From Cyanobacteriota bacterium (GTDB lineage: Bacteria > Cyanobacteriota > Vampirovibrionia > Vampirovibrionales > Vampirovibrionaceae), in NCBI GenBank assembly GCA_019751815.1, contig JAIEMW010000001.1:130197-194196 (forward strand): a DNA stretch of 64,000 bases, in the 5' to 3' direction. This document shows, in pieces, positions 10,262 to 19,619 of this stretch. How positions within the stretch are numbered: position 1 is the first letter of the stretch; every line of letters starts with the position of its first letter. The notes below the pieces were generated by a model. The model had not been told where the DNA came from, searched no databases, and saw only the letters and a program-made list of their open reading frames with translations. The position numbers and the translations under genes were made by a program.

Positions 10262-11602
10262 CTATAAAAAGCTAGATTGCACCGTTTGTAGGTAAAATCG
10301 AGTCACACTGTTGGGTTCTTGTCTGTCTTTTTCAAGCACCAGAATCCCGCTATTCCCAATTTTATTGAACTGAACATTGGGTGTGAGGTAATCTAGCTCG
10401 TTTTGCTTACTGCCATCGGGTTTGTATAAATTCATCACTGGCTTCCAACTGCCGGTATTGAAATAATAGGCCGATTCATTCATCGGTATCACGGCGGGCT
10501 GGTGCGTGTGCCCAAAGGCAATAAAGCGGTAGCCTTTTTCTGCAGCCAGCTTTCGGGCCATATTTAATTGGTATTTATTGGAATGGGTCCGTTTCACCAA
10601 ACTGGTGATCACAAAGGTGACAATCGGCAGTGCTGCGGGCAAATGGACAAACCAGTTGAGGAGTGTTGCCATAAACCGACGCGGTAAATGAAGCTGTTCT
10701 AGTAAGGGTCGAGTGGTATTGGCATCCAATATTTCTGCCAGCACAGATCGAATAATACTGTCGGCTGTCTCGTGCCAGCGACCTGTGAATAGCTTTTGCA
10801 TGGTTTCTGGATGCCCTTGATAGTGATTTGCAATGGTTTGTATCCACAGGGGTACCAAAGAAAGCGGTCTCAAGTATTCGATATCTCGTAATTCTTGCCT
10901 AACGGTTTCTATCAGTTCGGCGCTATAGCCGGCCTCATTCAGCTTTTGGCTGACCATTTCCACAAAACGGTTGATCAGCAAGATATTTATATAATCACCA
11001 AAGGCATGACGCTGTGTGGCTTGAAAGGCAGTAGGGACTGAATTAAATGGGTCAAAGCGATGCCCATGTTCTGCGTAAAACCCCAATTCTAGAAGCTCAA
11101 AACTGTGACTAAAATGAATTTTTTCGGCCAGTGATTCGGGTAAAATATCGGAGTCACTTTGACAAATCCGCTGTTTAATCAATCCCTGTGCAGCAGGTGA
11201 GTGGGCCAACATGCCGTCGTGATTGCCAATCACAAAATGTAAATGGGTGTGCTTATGTCTTAAAAAGGCGTGGAGCTCGTTAATAATTGATTGATTATTA
11301 TTGATAATGCGTTCGATGGTTTTACATAGAATGGGTTCTACCACCTCATCCGTATGCTCCCAGGGTAGCATTGGGCTAAACCAAGACCCGGTGATATCAA
11401 AGACATCCCCGTTTAATAATAATGTTGTTTCTTGATGACTGCTTTTGGCCTCATGATTGAGTCGGGTTAAAAATTCCCGAAAAATTTTCCGCCGTGGATT
11501 TTCGGTAAATTCCGTGCCGTCGTAGTCATGGTCGTTCAGATGGACGTCACTCACAACCACGAGTTTCAGTTGAGAAGGAATTAAATGGGGAGGATGCGTC
11601 AC
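10262..11602 (-). CDS. calcineurin-like metallophosphoesterase with C-terminal extension
   Basis: Metallophosphoesterase motifs VVVSDVHL, GDVFD, GNHD, GHTHQP; 446 aa. Confidence 0.75.
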   Translation of the reverse strand: MTHPPHLIPSQLKLVVVSDVHLNDHDYDGTEFTENPRRKIFREFLTRLNHEAKSSHQETTLLLNGDVFDITGSWFSPMLPWEHTDEVVEPILCKTIERIINNNQSIINELHAFLRHKHTHLHFVIGNHDGMLAHSPAAQGLIKQRICQSDSDILPESLAEKIHFSHSFELLELGFYAEHGHRFDPFNSVPTAFQATQRHAFGDYINILLINRFVEMVSQKLNEAGYSAELIETVRQELRDIEYLRPLSLVPLWIQTIANHYQGHPETMQKLFTGRWHETADSIIRSVLAEILDANTTRPLLEQLHLPRRFMATLLNWFVHLPAALPIVTFVITSLVKRTHSNKYQLNMARKLAAEKGYRFIAFGHTHQPAVIPMNESAYYFNTGSWKPVMNLYKPDGSKQNELDYLTPNVQFNKIGNSGILVLEKDRQEPNSVTRFYLQTVQSSFL

Positions 11603-12186
11603 CGGTGAATACTTCCTAAACGATACTGCTTGTTAATTAAATGTTACTAAATATAGTGTAATCTACTATCGAGTAAGTATCTATGCTGCGATAATCTATA
11701 ATCACCAACTCGAAAGGGAACGGTGCTTCGTAACGAAACACCACAGAAACATTATAAGAAACGTTCTGTATAGATTTCACGATTTATTCTTTCGTTTCTT
11801 TGTTTTTTGGTAGATTGTTACTGGCAGATGGGTGTGAAACCTTCCAGTGGAACACCGAGCGATGCTCCAAAGATTTACTCAGAGGGGTTATGTTTGACAT
11901 CTGCGAAGCAGGAACACAGTGTTTTGGGTTTCCCCAAAATAGTGTGCGTTCAGAAATCTGGTGTAATTCCAGAACAGGCCCCTGCAAAGGGCATTGAGCT
12001 TTCAACAGCCCAATGACACTGCCTCCAGGTAAAGTCCTGGCCCCACCCTTCTCAGTTGGTTTTTTCGTGTCTTTTTTTCAATAAATTATCATGAGAACGG
12101 GCGTGTATTTCTGCGTTTGCTTGTGTCACAATGCTCTCTATTCTCCAATATAAGCTTTATGACACTCAAAAAAAGACGCATTCACC

Positions 12187-13320
12187 ATGCCCCCACAAAT
12201 GCCAGATCTTGGCCCAAAACTCGATTATCCAACAGGCGCAGCGCAATACAGCGAAGCAGGTGTTTCACTGGAGCGGGCTGATCGTGTGGTCGAAATTGCC
12301 AAAGCGCAGGCCGAGCGTACTCAACAATTGGCTCAACAAGGGCAACACAACAGCGCGTCAATTAACCTGTTAAATGCCATTGGGGGTTTTGCCAGTGCCT
12401 TTGAATTGCCCCCTGGCTATACCCAACCTGTGCTGCTGAGCAGCTGTGATGGGGTGGGTACGAAATTAAAATGGGCCCTTGAGTGGGGGGTTCATCAGGC
12501 AGTTGGACAAGACTTGGTGGCGATGAGTGTGAATGATGTGTTGGTGCATGGAGGCCGCCCTTTGGCCTTTTTGGATTATTACGCCACCGGGAGAATTGAG
12601 CCTGATGTCTTTGAGGCTGTCTTAAAGGGGATAGCTGAAGCCTGTACGCTCGCTGGTTGCGCTCTGGTGGGCGGGGAAACCGCGGAAATGCCTGGAATGT
12701 ATGCTCAGCAGGATTATGATTTGGCAGGGTTTTGTCTGGGTATTGTCGAAAAGTCTAAAATGCTGCCAAAAATAAACCAGATTCAGCCGAGCGATGTGTT
12801 GATCGGGCTGACCGCTTCTGGTTTTCATAGCAATGGGTATAGCTTGCTTCGGCATTTATTCCCAGATACCAGCGCGATTCCGGTGGGGATGAAAGAAGCT
12901 TTTATGCGGGCCACCCCCATTTATGTGCCCTGGGTGCAGGCCTGTCTCAAGCAATTTCCAGACGCGATTCTTGCCGCTGCCCATATTACCGGTGGTGGGT
13001 TGCTGGATAACTTACCGCGAGTGCTTCCTGTAGGGGTCAATGCGGTATTTGATTGGGGAAGTTGGCCGTTGCCAGAGGTAATGCAGTGGGTGAGTGAGGA
13101 AAAGCAGCTTTCTCGTGAGACACTAACCCATACCTTTAATGCTGGCCTCGGCTTTGTGCTGATCGTGCGTGAAGCACAGGCGGCAGAACTGCTCGAATTC
13201 TTCTCGGGCTTACTTAGCAAAGACAAAAACGCCAGCCATAACCAAATTAATGCCTACCGGGTTGGCTCTATACAGTCGCAAATCAATTTATCGAGTCCGC
13301 CAGGGGTGATTATTCAGTGA
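12187..13320 (+). CDS. purM: phosphoribosylformylglycinamidine cyclo-ligase (AIR synthetase)
   Basis: SCDGVGTKLKWALE...VAMSVNDVLVHGGRPLAFLDYYATG...GGETAEMPGMY. Confidence 0.92.
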   Translation: MPPQMPDLGPKLDYPTGAAQYSEAGVSLERADRVVEIAKAQAERTQQLAQQGQHNSASINLLNAIGGFASAFELPPGYTQPVLLSSCDGVGTKLKWALEWGVHQAVGQDLVAMSVNDVLVHGGRPLAFLDYYATGRIEPDVFEAVLKGIAEACTLAGCALVGGETAEMPGMYAQQDYDLAGFCLGIVEKSKMLPKINQIQPSDVLIGLTASGFHSNGYSLLRHLFPDTSAIPVGMKEAFMRATPIYVPWVQACLKQFPDAILAAAHITGGGLLDNLPRVLPVGVNAVFDWGSWPLPEVMQWVSEEKQLSRETLTHTFNAGLGFVLIVREAQAAELLEFFSGLLSKDKNASHNQINAYRVGSIQSQINLSSPPGVIIQ

Positions 13321-13985
13321 GCAGCCCCTCCGTTCGTTTGGCTCTGGTAATTTCCGGTCGGGGCAGTAATGCACGGGCGCTTGCAGTCGCTATTCAGTCA
13401 GGTGATATTGCAGCAGGTGATATTCCAGGCGCAGCAATTGTCGCAGAAATTGTCTTGGTAATCTGCAATAATCCCCAGGCCGAAGGGGTGCTGTGGGCTC
13501 AATCGGCGGGATTCCCTGTTGAAATGCTGACCCCTGGTTGTAAAAAAGAGCAGCTGGATGCTGAACTGTCTGCACTGCTGATCCAGTACGGTGTTGATCT
13601 GGTGATACTGGCTGGGTTTGACCGGATTGTGGGACCAAAAACTCTAGATTGTGTCTCTGGGCGGATACTCAATATTCACCCCAGCCTGCTGCCCGCGTTT
13701 GGTGGTAGAGGCATGGTGGGTGATAAAGTGCACCGTGCCGTTCTGGACGCAGGGGTTACAGAAACCGGTTGTACCGTCCATTGGGTGAGCGAAGTGGTCG
13801 ACGGCGGTCCGATTGTGGCTCAGCGCCGTGTCCCGGTGTATCCGGATGATTCGGTTGAGACTCTCTCCAAGAGGGTGTTGAGTGCTGAGCATCTGTTGTA
13901 TAGTGAAGCGGTTCTGCTCGTGCTGAAAAAATGGCCGTCAGAAGCACCCCTATTTAAAACCCCAGAAAAAGAGGCACTCTCTTGA
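13317..13985 (+). CDS. purN: phosphoribosylglycinamide formyltransferase
   Basis: GTG start overlaps the purM stop (GTGA). NIHPSLLPAFGGRGMVGDKVH and the GAR-Tfase fold; 222 aa. Confidence 0.88.
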   Translation: MSSPSVRLALVISGRGSNARALAVAIQSGDIAAGDIPGAAIVAEIVLVICNNPQAEGVLWAQSAGFPVEMLTPGCKKEQLDAELSALLIQYGVDLVILAGFDRIVGPKTLDCVSGRILNIHPSLLPAFGGRGMVGDKVHRAVLDAGVTETGCTVHWVSEVVDGGPIVAQRRVPVYPDDSVETLSKRVLSAEHLLYSEAVLLVLKKWPSEAPLFKTPEKEALS

Positions 13986-14551
13986 GATATTCTTTCCCCA
14001 ATATAAATGCCTCCCGCATTTTTGGCGGGCTTGTGCTGGCTCTTTTTGTGCTCAGTTTGAGTGGCTGTAAGCAGAATATGATTTACGGCCGGGCCGTTCA
14101 GGATCTCAATGTGAAGGCTCAAGAAGCTTTGACACAAGGGGATACAGCTAAAGCGGTCAGTCGACTGGAGGCTGCACTGGATCTCGTCCCGGATGAGCCG
14201 CGCACCCGTTACAACTTAGCGGTCGCTTATCAACAAAACAAGAATTGGGACAAAGCGGTGAAACTGCTCGAGGTACTGGATAAAGATCAGTCAGGCGGAG
14301 AATCCCTTCAAGAGAGCCAAGATGTGGTTCTGAGTCTGGCGAGTGCTTACCAGAATTTGGCAGAAAGCATGCTACCGGAAAAGCCTGGGCAAAAGCTGGA
14401 TGCAGCAAAGCATGCTCAGATAGAGAGTCTCTTTCAAAAGGCACTGGCAGCTTACGACAGGGTAAAGCTGGATAAGCCAGAAAAAAAGGACGAAGTCCAG
14501 TTTCAAAAGCAAGTGATAGAGCGTTTGAGAGCCCGAGCCAATGCCCTTTAA
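13982..14551 (+). CDS. TPR-like lipoprotein, function unknown
   Basis: TTG start overlaps the purN stop. Lipobox LSLSGC; helical TPR-like repeats (AKAVSRLEAALDLVPDEPRTRYNLAVAYQQ). Confidence 0.5.
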   Translation: MRYSFPNINASRIFGGLVLALFVLSLSGCKQNMIYGRAVQDLNVKAQEALTQGDTAKAVSRLEAALDLVPDEPRTRYNLAVAYQQNKNWDKAVKLLEVLDKDQSGGESLQESQDVVLSLASAYQNLAESMLPEKPGQKLDAAKHAQIESLFQKALAAYDRVKLDKPEKKDEVQFQKQVIERLRARANAL

Positions 14552-15617
14552 CCTTGATAACACGATTTCCCAACTTCAACATGGCCGCATCATGGTGGTG
14601 GGCGACGTGGCGATTGATGAAATGACCTATGGCGGCACAGCCCGGCTGTCTCGAGAAGCGCCAGTGCTGATTCTCAATCATCACCACACGGATATTCTTC
14701 TCGGAGCGGCGGGAAATGCAGCACATAACATTGCCAAACTCGGTGCCAAACGGACCGTATTGATTGCGGTAACCGGTCAAGACTATCACTGTTCTTTGCT
14801 CCATGAAGCGATGGAGCGGGACGGGGTTGATACGGTGGGCCTTATTGCTGATCCTGACAGGCCGACCACCACCAAAACCAGAATTTCTGGGATGGTCAAT
14901 CAGTCCATCACTCAGCAAATTGTACGCATCGACCGCGAATCCCGAGAACCGCTGCCTTCAGCGCTTGAGAACAAGTTGCTCGATCAAATGACCCGTATAG
15001 CCAAAGATGGCTGTGACGCGATTTTACTCTCGGATTATGCCCTGGGTGTGGTCAGTGAAAGCGTGATAGACCATTGCCGCGCCTTGGCCAAGCAGCACCA
15101 ATTGTTTTGGGTGGTGGATTCTCAGCAAGATCTTGGCCTGTTTGCAGGGGCCGATGTGGTCACCCCCAACTTACCAGAGGCGGAGCAGACCGTTGGCTTT
15201 GAAATTCAGACACAGGAAGCGCTTCTACAGGCTGGTGAGTGGATTTTAAATAAGAGCAAGGTAAAGAATGCGCTGATTACCCGCAGTAGCGATGGGATGA
15301 TGCTATTTGAGTCTGTGTCTGCTGAAACAAGCGCTATGCAATACACGGATATTCCTGTTTTTAACCGCAGCGATGTGTTTGATGTCACAGGGGCAGGAGA
15401 CACCGTAGTGGGCTCACTCACCCTGGCCTTGGCCACGGGGGCTTCTTTGTTAGAAGCGGCAGTTTTAGGCAATGTCGCAGCCAGTATTGTGGTTCGGCGT
15501 TTTGGGGCTGCCACCACCACGCCTGCAGAAATCCGCCAGACGCTGTCTGAGCTCCCAGAAGCACTCATGCAACAAATAACGACTCACCAGCTTATTTCGA
15601 GTCCTCAGGTATCATAA
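14541..15617 (+). CDS. PfkB-family sugar kinase resembling D-glycero-beta-D-manno-heptose-7-phosphate kinase (RfaE/HldE domain I)
   Basis: N-terminus IMVVGDVAIDEMTYGGTARLSREAPVLIL matches the HldE kinase signature. C-terminal DVTGAGDTVVGSL is the PfkB motif. It overlaps the upstream gene by 11 nt. Confidence 0.7.
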   Translation: MPFNLDNTISQLQHGRIMVVGDVAIDEMTYGGTARLSREAPVLILNHHHTDILLGAAGNAAHNIAKLGAKRTVLIAVTGQDYHCSLLHEAMERDGVDTVGLIADPDRPTTTKTRISGMVNQSITQQIVRIDRESREPLPSALENKLLDQMTRIAKDGCDAILLSDYALGVVSESVIDHCRALAKQHQLFWVVDSQQDLGLFAGADVVTPNLPEAEQTVGFEIQTQEALLQAGEWILNKSKVKNALITRSSDGMMLFESVSAETSAMQYTDIPVFNRSDVFDVTGAGDTVVGSLTLALATGASLLEAAVLGNVAASIVVRRFGAATTTPAEIRQTLSELPEALMQQITTHQLISSPQVS

Positions 15618-15631
15618 AAAGGCAAGCTATT

Positions 15632-16210
15632 TTGTCTAATAACAAGCGACATCGATGGTTTGTACTGAGCGGTATTGCCCTTATTTATGTAGTGGTGATT
15701 GCATATTTCCTTTACAAAAGCGTGGACAGTAGAACTTGGGTGCAGGTTAATGCGGTCGTTATCAAGTCAACTTTGATTTCGCATGACAGGCGTAAAGAAT
15801 TCTTTTTTCTCCCCACGCGCTACCCCTTCAGTTACGAGCCAGTGCTCTCCTATGAATACAGTGTGGCTGGGCAGCGGTATCAATCCCAACAGGTAAGAAT
15901 TGGAGGCAGCCCGGAGTATACTGACAAAAATGTGGCGATCCAGTTTATTTCTCATCATGGAAGTGGCCGACAGGTTGCTGCGTTTTATAATCCACAAAAC
16001 CCTGCTGAGGCAACGCTCAAACCGGGTGAAACCGATGGGGTCTTTTTTCTCTTAAAGCTGACGCTTGTGTTGTTGTGCCTGTCTATTTTTTGGAACTTGC
16101 TTAAGATGCTGAGGATGCTAGTGGGCTTGCCAGGGTACATGTGGCAGTTTTACCAGGATATTAAGTCAGGAAAAGCCTTTGAAATTGAGGATGAGACTGC
16201 AGAGCGGTAA
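15632..16210 (+). CDS. DUF3592-like membrane protein, paralog 1
   Basis: N-terminal TM, beta-rich core, C-terminal TM. Conserved YNPQNPAEATL motif (the YDPxNPxxA hallmark). Confidence 0.55.
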   Translation: MSNNKRHRWFVLSGIALIYVVVIAYFLYKSVDSRTWVQVNAVVIKSTLISHDRRKEFFFLPTRYPFSYEPVLSYEYSVAGQRYQSQQVRIGGSPEYTDKNVAIQFISHHGSGRQVAAFYNPQNPAEATLKPGETDGVFFLLKLTLVLLCLSIFWNLLKMLRMLVGLPGYMWQFYQDIKSGKAFEIEDETAER

Positions 16211-16247
16211 AATGGTGAAGAGTTAGTTTGGGAGATGCAGTATTAAG

Positions 16248-16736
16248 ATGAACCTGATTTTGTCGATGCTTATAGGATTGTGCGGTATGATCGCCAGTCT
16301 TTGGATTGCAATCCCCGGCTGGATAGAGTTTCAAGAAGCAGAAGCCAGCAAGCACTGGCCCTCTGTCAGTGCAAAGATGATTGTTTCTAGATTGACTCAA
16401 GAGAAGCATTGTCCTAGAGCGGACCGGCCTTGTTATTTCGTGTATCGCCCCCATTTTACTTACCAATATACCGTGAACAATATCTCTTATTGGAATAGCA
16501 GAATAGACTTTGGATCCCCGCCAGATTATACCGATAAGGGATTGGCAGACAAGCGTCTTAACGAATATGGGGTGGGTAGCAAGCTGATGGTATATTATGA
16601 TCCAAAAAACCCTCAGAACGCTGTGATGGTGCCAGGAAGAACCTATGGATATATCTGGTGGCAAGCGCCATTGCTTTTCTTTTTAGTTAGTCTCAGTTTT
16701 TTCTTAAATAGCGGAGGACGTTGGAAGAGGTATTAG
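16248..16736 (+). CDS. DUF3592-like membrane protein, paralog 2
   Basis: MVYYDPKNPQNAVMVPG. Highly similar to paralog 3 (GWIEFQEAEASKHWPS vs GWMEVQEAQASQHWPS). Confidence 0.55.
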   Translation: MNLILSMLIGLCGMIASLWIAIPGWIEFQEAEASKHWPSVSAKMIVSRLTQEKHCPRADRPCYFVYRPHFTYQYTVNNISYWNSRIDFGSPPDYTDKGLADKRLNEYGVGSKLMVYYDPKNPQNAVMVPGRTYGYIWWQAPLLFFLVSLSFFLNSGGRWKRY

Positions 16737-16822
16737 ACAATGGTAGTAAAAATCAGTCATAAACCCTGAGCGGTAAAACGGGTTGAGTTAGTTTGGGAGA
16801 GGCTTAGTTTAGGAGAGGCAAT

Positions 16823-17302
16823 GTGATGTTGGGTCGAATTTTCGCGAAACTCTTAGGGTTCTGCGGTGTGATTGCCAGTATTTATCTTGCGTTTGCTGGC
16901 TGGATGGAAGTACAAGAGGCACAAGCGAGTCAACACTGGCCTTCAATCACAGCAAGGATGATTGAATCTAGCTATACTCAGGAAGAACGCTGCTCTAAAC
17001 ACGAACGGTGCCATTTTGTCTATAAACCCCATTTTGTCTACCAATTTTTTGTACACAATACCCGTTATCAAAATAGCAAAATTGATTTTGGAGATCCTCC
17101 AGAGTATCAAGACGAGGCTCTGGTGGTAAGGCATATCGACGAACACCCGATTGATAGCTTGCTGAAGGTTTATTACGACCCCAAAGATCCACACAAAGCG
17201 GTGATGGTGCCTGGAAAAACCTTTGGAAGCCCCTGGTGGCTACTGCCATTTGTGGTGTTTATGTGCAGTCTTGCTGCAATGTTTGGCAAGCCTAAACGGT
17301 GA
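16823..17302 (+). CDS. DUF3592-like membrane protein, paralog 3
   Basis: KVYYDPKDPHKAVMVPG; same architecture as the two upstream genes. Confidence 0.55.
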   Translation: MMLGRIFAKLLGFCGVIASIYLAFAGWMEVQEAQASQHWPSITARMIESSYTQEERCSKHERCHFVYKPHFVYQFFVHNTRYQNSKIDFGDPPEYQDEALVVRHIDEHPIDSLLKVYYDPKDPHKAVMVPGKTFGSPWWLLPFVVFMCSLAAMFGKPKR

Positions 17303-17419
17303 TCATTAACGCTCTGGTGATAGACAAGAAAAGTTACAAACACCCCCAAGCGGCTCTGTTTTAGCGACAATGGCTTTATCTAACTAAAAGAGTGATGATA
17401 AAGAGAGAGAGCCTCCCTG

Positions 17420-17989
17420 ATGTTAAACAACAAGAAAGGCTGGATTTACATCGATGCCTTTGGACGGCTGAACGGCCGGTGGAATGTTCTAGACGCCTTT
17501 GGTGTCGGCTTTGCTGCTGTATTAGTACTTGGCGTGATGCTGGTGCAATCTGGGCTTTACCGGACATCCGGGCAGATGATTAAGGGTGAGACTGACTTGG
17601 AGTACACCGTCTACCTGCGAAATATCAAAACCAGTCAACCCAACCTGATCAAAGAAGGCAATAAGATTTCTCTGTCCATTCGAAATCAGCCTCGCGGAGA
17701 TGTCAGTGTTGTGAGTGTTCGTGTTGCTCCCAGGAAAAAAATTGCACCTAATGCACTGGGAGGTTTTCAGCTGATTGACGACCCGGAAGATCCCAATGGG
17801 TTTGATATGTGGGTGCGTCTAAAGGACCATGCCCAAATCACCGGGGATGGGTATGTTGCTAACGGAATTAAAATCAAAGTGGGCCTGCCAATTGAAGTGG
17901 AAGGCTTCGATTTTCGAGTTACTGGCGTTATTTTTGACATAGCTGCTAACACAGATACTAATAGTGGCCTCCCGGCGGCTGCCAAGTAA
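17420..17989 (+). CDS. DUF4330-like hypothetical protein
   Basis: N-terminus IDAFGRLNGRWNVLDAFGVGFAAVLVLGV resembles the cyanobacterial DUF4330 start (ILDxxGRLFGKxxxLD...). Confidence 0.45.
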   Translation: MLNNKKGWIYIDAFGRLNGRWNVLDAFGVGFAAVLVLGVMLVQSGLYRTSGQMIKGETDLEYTVYLRNIKTSQPNLIKEGNKISLSIRNQPRGDVSVVSVRVAPRKKIAPNALGGFQLIDDPEDPNGFDMWVRLKDHAQITGDGYVANGIKIKVGLPIEVEGFDFRVTGVIFDIAANTDTNSGLPAAAK

Positions 17990-18041
17990 TCTGAGAGAGC
18001 TTTGTGAGAATGATTGAGCGGACGACGACTGCGAAACACCG

Positions 18042-19619
18042 ATGGGCACGTTGAGCCAAATTTTAAGCCATTCACGCCTATTAGGCTGGGCAACTCGCTT
18101 GCTCAGTTATGACGCCTGGGCGGTTGTAGAAGGCTCTTTGATGACACAAAAGTTTCGCAGCCTTCGAGACGGTGTTGCCGGCGTTCTGGATGATATGACT
18201 CATGGTGTCTCAGAACGCTCGTTTGTCAGAAAGATACTCTCGCAGGTGCTGCGCCCCCAGGTCTATTTGGGCCTGACCATGCTACTAATGCTGCTGCTAA
18301 CGCTGACAGATACTGGGATTATTGGATTGTTTACCTGGCTTTTGGCAATAATGGGTGCCTGGTTTTGGTTCAAAAACATCACTGTACGGGATGAGATGCC
18401 ACTGAATCAGGCGGTACAGTGGTCCATGATTGATACCTGTGTGGTGTTGTATTTTTTATCAGCTGTACTGTCTACTGTGTGCTCATCGTATCTGTTTACC
18501 AGCTTGCTTGGGCTCAAAAAAGCGCTCACTTTTGCCGCAGGATACGGGGCCTTTCGTATGGTTGTCTCCATTTGGGGGCGAAGGGGGATCTGGCTGGTGC
18601 TTGGAACCTGGATGCTACTAGGCTTTATTCAAGCCTTAATTGGGTTTTATCAGTACAAATTTAATATACAGCCTCTGGCAACTTGGCAGGATCCGACCTT
18701 GAATCCCGATTGGATGATGACACGGGTGTTTGGGACATTGCAGCCTTCTAACCCTAATTTACTGGCGGGTTTTTTGGTTCCTTGTCTGGCAGCGTCCTTG
18801 GGCTGGGTGGTTATCTGTACCCGTCAAGTGATGCAGGCAACACCTTCGCAACGACTCAGACAAATTATGCACTGGGTCGCGTGTGCCGTTATGAGTGCTG
18901 GTATTGCCGCTGCCTTGGTTTTAACCGGTTCTCGGGGGGGGTATTTGGCCATTGCTGCGATTTCAGCAGGTTTCTTTGCCATGATTGGCCATCTGATTTG
19001 GCACGCCAGAGAGTTCCAAAGCGATACCGTGGGACGCTCAAAGTTGAAAATTGCCTGGGTGTTGATTCTGGTCTTGAGTGTTTCAGCAGCACTCGTGGGT
19101 ATTTTGGGTTCTGAAAAAATTCGACACCGTATTGAATCTATCGGCTCTATGAGGGCGGATAGCAGTATTTCTTATCGACTCAATGTGTATCAAAGTGCGG
19201 TTAAAATGATTGCGCATAATCCCTTGGTGGGGATTGGGCCAGGTAATGAAACATTTAAGCAAGTGTACGGCCTGTATATGATCCCTGGATATAACGCCCT
19301 GGGCACCTATAGCGTGCCGCTGGAAATTTGGGTGGAGCAAGGGGTGATTGGTTTTGGAATTTTTGCCTTATTAATGATTTTGTTGAGCGTGAAAACTATG
19401 TTGCTGATTGACCGGCAGACGTATCCGCTGGAAGAAAAATGGATGATGGCCATCCTGTGGATGATTTTGGTTGGCTCTATGACTTACGGTTTGTTTGATA
19501 CGATTTGGTACCGGCCTGCGGTGCAACTCACCTTCTGGTTTACTGTGGCCGCAATGAGTTCGCTTCATTTGCCAGCCTTGAAAGAGAACAATCTGGCAAC
19601 AGAGAGCAGTCAGGCATGA
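18042..19619 (+). CDS. O-antigen ligase-like (Wzy_C / WaaL family) polytopic membrane protein
   Basis: About 12 TM helices. GSRGGYLAIAAISAGFF matches the Wzy_C signature (SRGxxL). Confidence 0.7.
   Translation: MGTLSQILSHSRLLGWATRLLSYDAWAVVEGSLMTQKFRSLRDGVAGVLDDMTHGVSERSFVRKILSQVLRPQVYLGLTMLLMLLLTLTDTGIIGLFTWLLAIMGAWFWFKNITVRDEMPLNQAVQWSMIDTCVVLYFLSAVLSTVCSSYLFTSLLGLKKALTFAAGYGAFRMVVSIWGRRGIWLVLGTWMLLGFIQALIGFYQYKFNIQPLATWQDPTLNPDWMMTRVFGTLQPSNPNLLAGFLVPCLAASLGWVVICTRQVMQATPSQRLRQIMHWVACAVMSAGIAAALVLTGSRGGYLAIAAISAGFFAMIGHLIWHAREFQSDTVGRSKLKIAWVLILVLSVSAALVGILGSEKIRHRIESIGSMRADSSISYRLNVYQSAVKMIAHNPLVGIGPGNETFKQVYGLYMIPGYNALGTYSVPLEIWVEQGVIGFGIFALLMILLSVKTMLLIDRQTYPLEEKWMMAILWMILVGSMTYGLFDTIWYRPAVQLTFWFTVAAMSSLHLPALKENNLATESSQA

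Noticed and set aside
11800-11997. Cys-rich 65-aa ORF (6 Cys) in the long purM upstream spacer
   Set aside because: It starts with TTG in a T-run without an SD and overlaps two other ORFs in different frames. The Cys content is more likely a by-product of TG-rich hairpin-forming DNA than a real peptide.
12005-12045. Sequence aggtaaagtcctggcccc resembling the RNase P RNA GGAAAGUCCGGGCUCC box, with ACAGAAC-like sequence nearby
   Set aside because: The motif order is wrong for RNase P RNA (the ACAGAA-like element precedes the GGAAAGUCC-like one), the match is imperfect, and no P4 pseudoknot partner is seen. Kept only as part of the generic structured-spacer finding.
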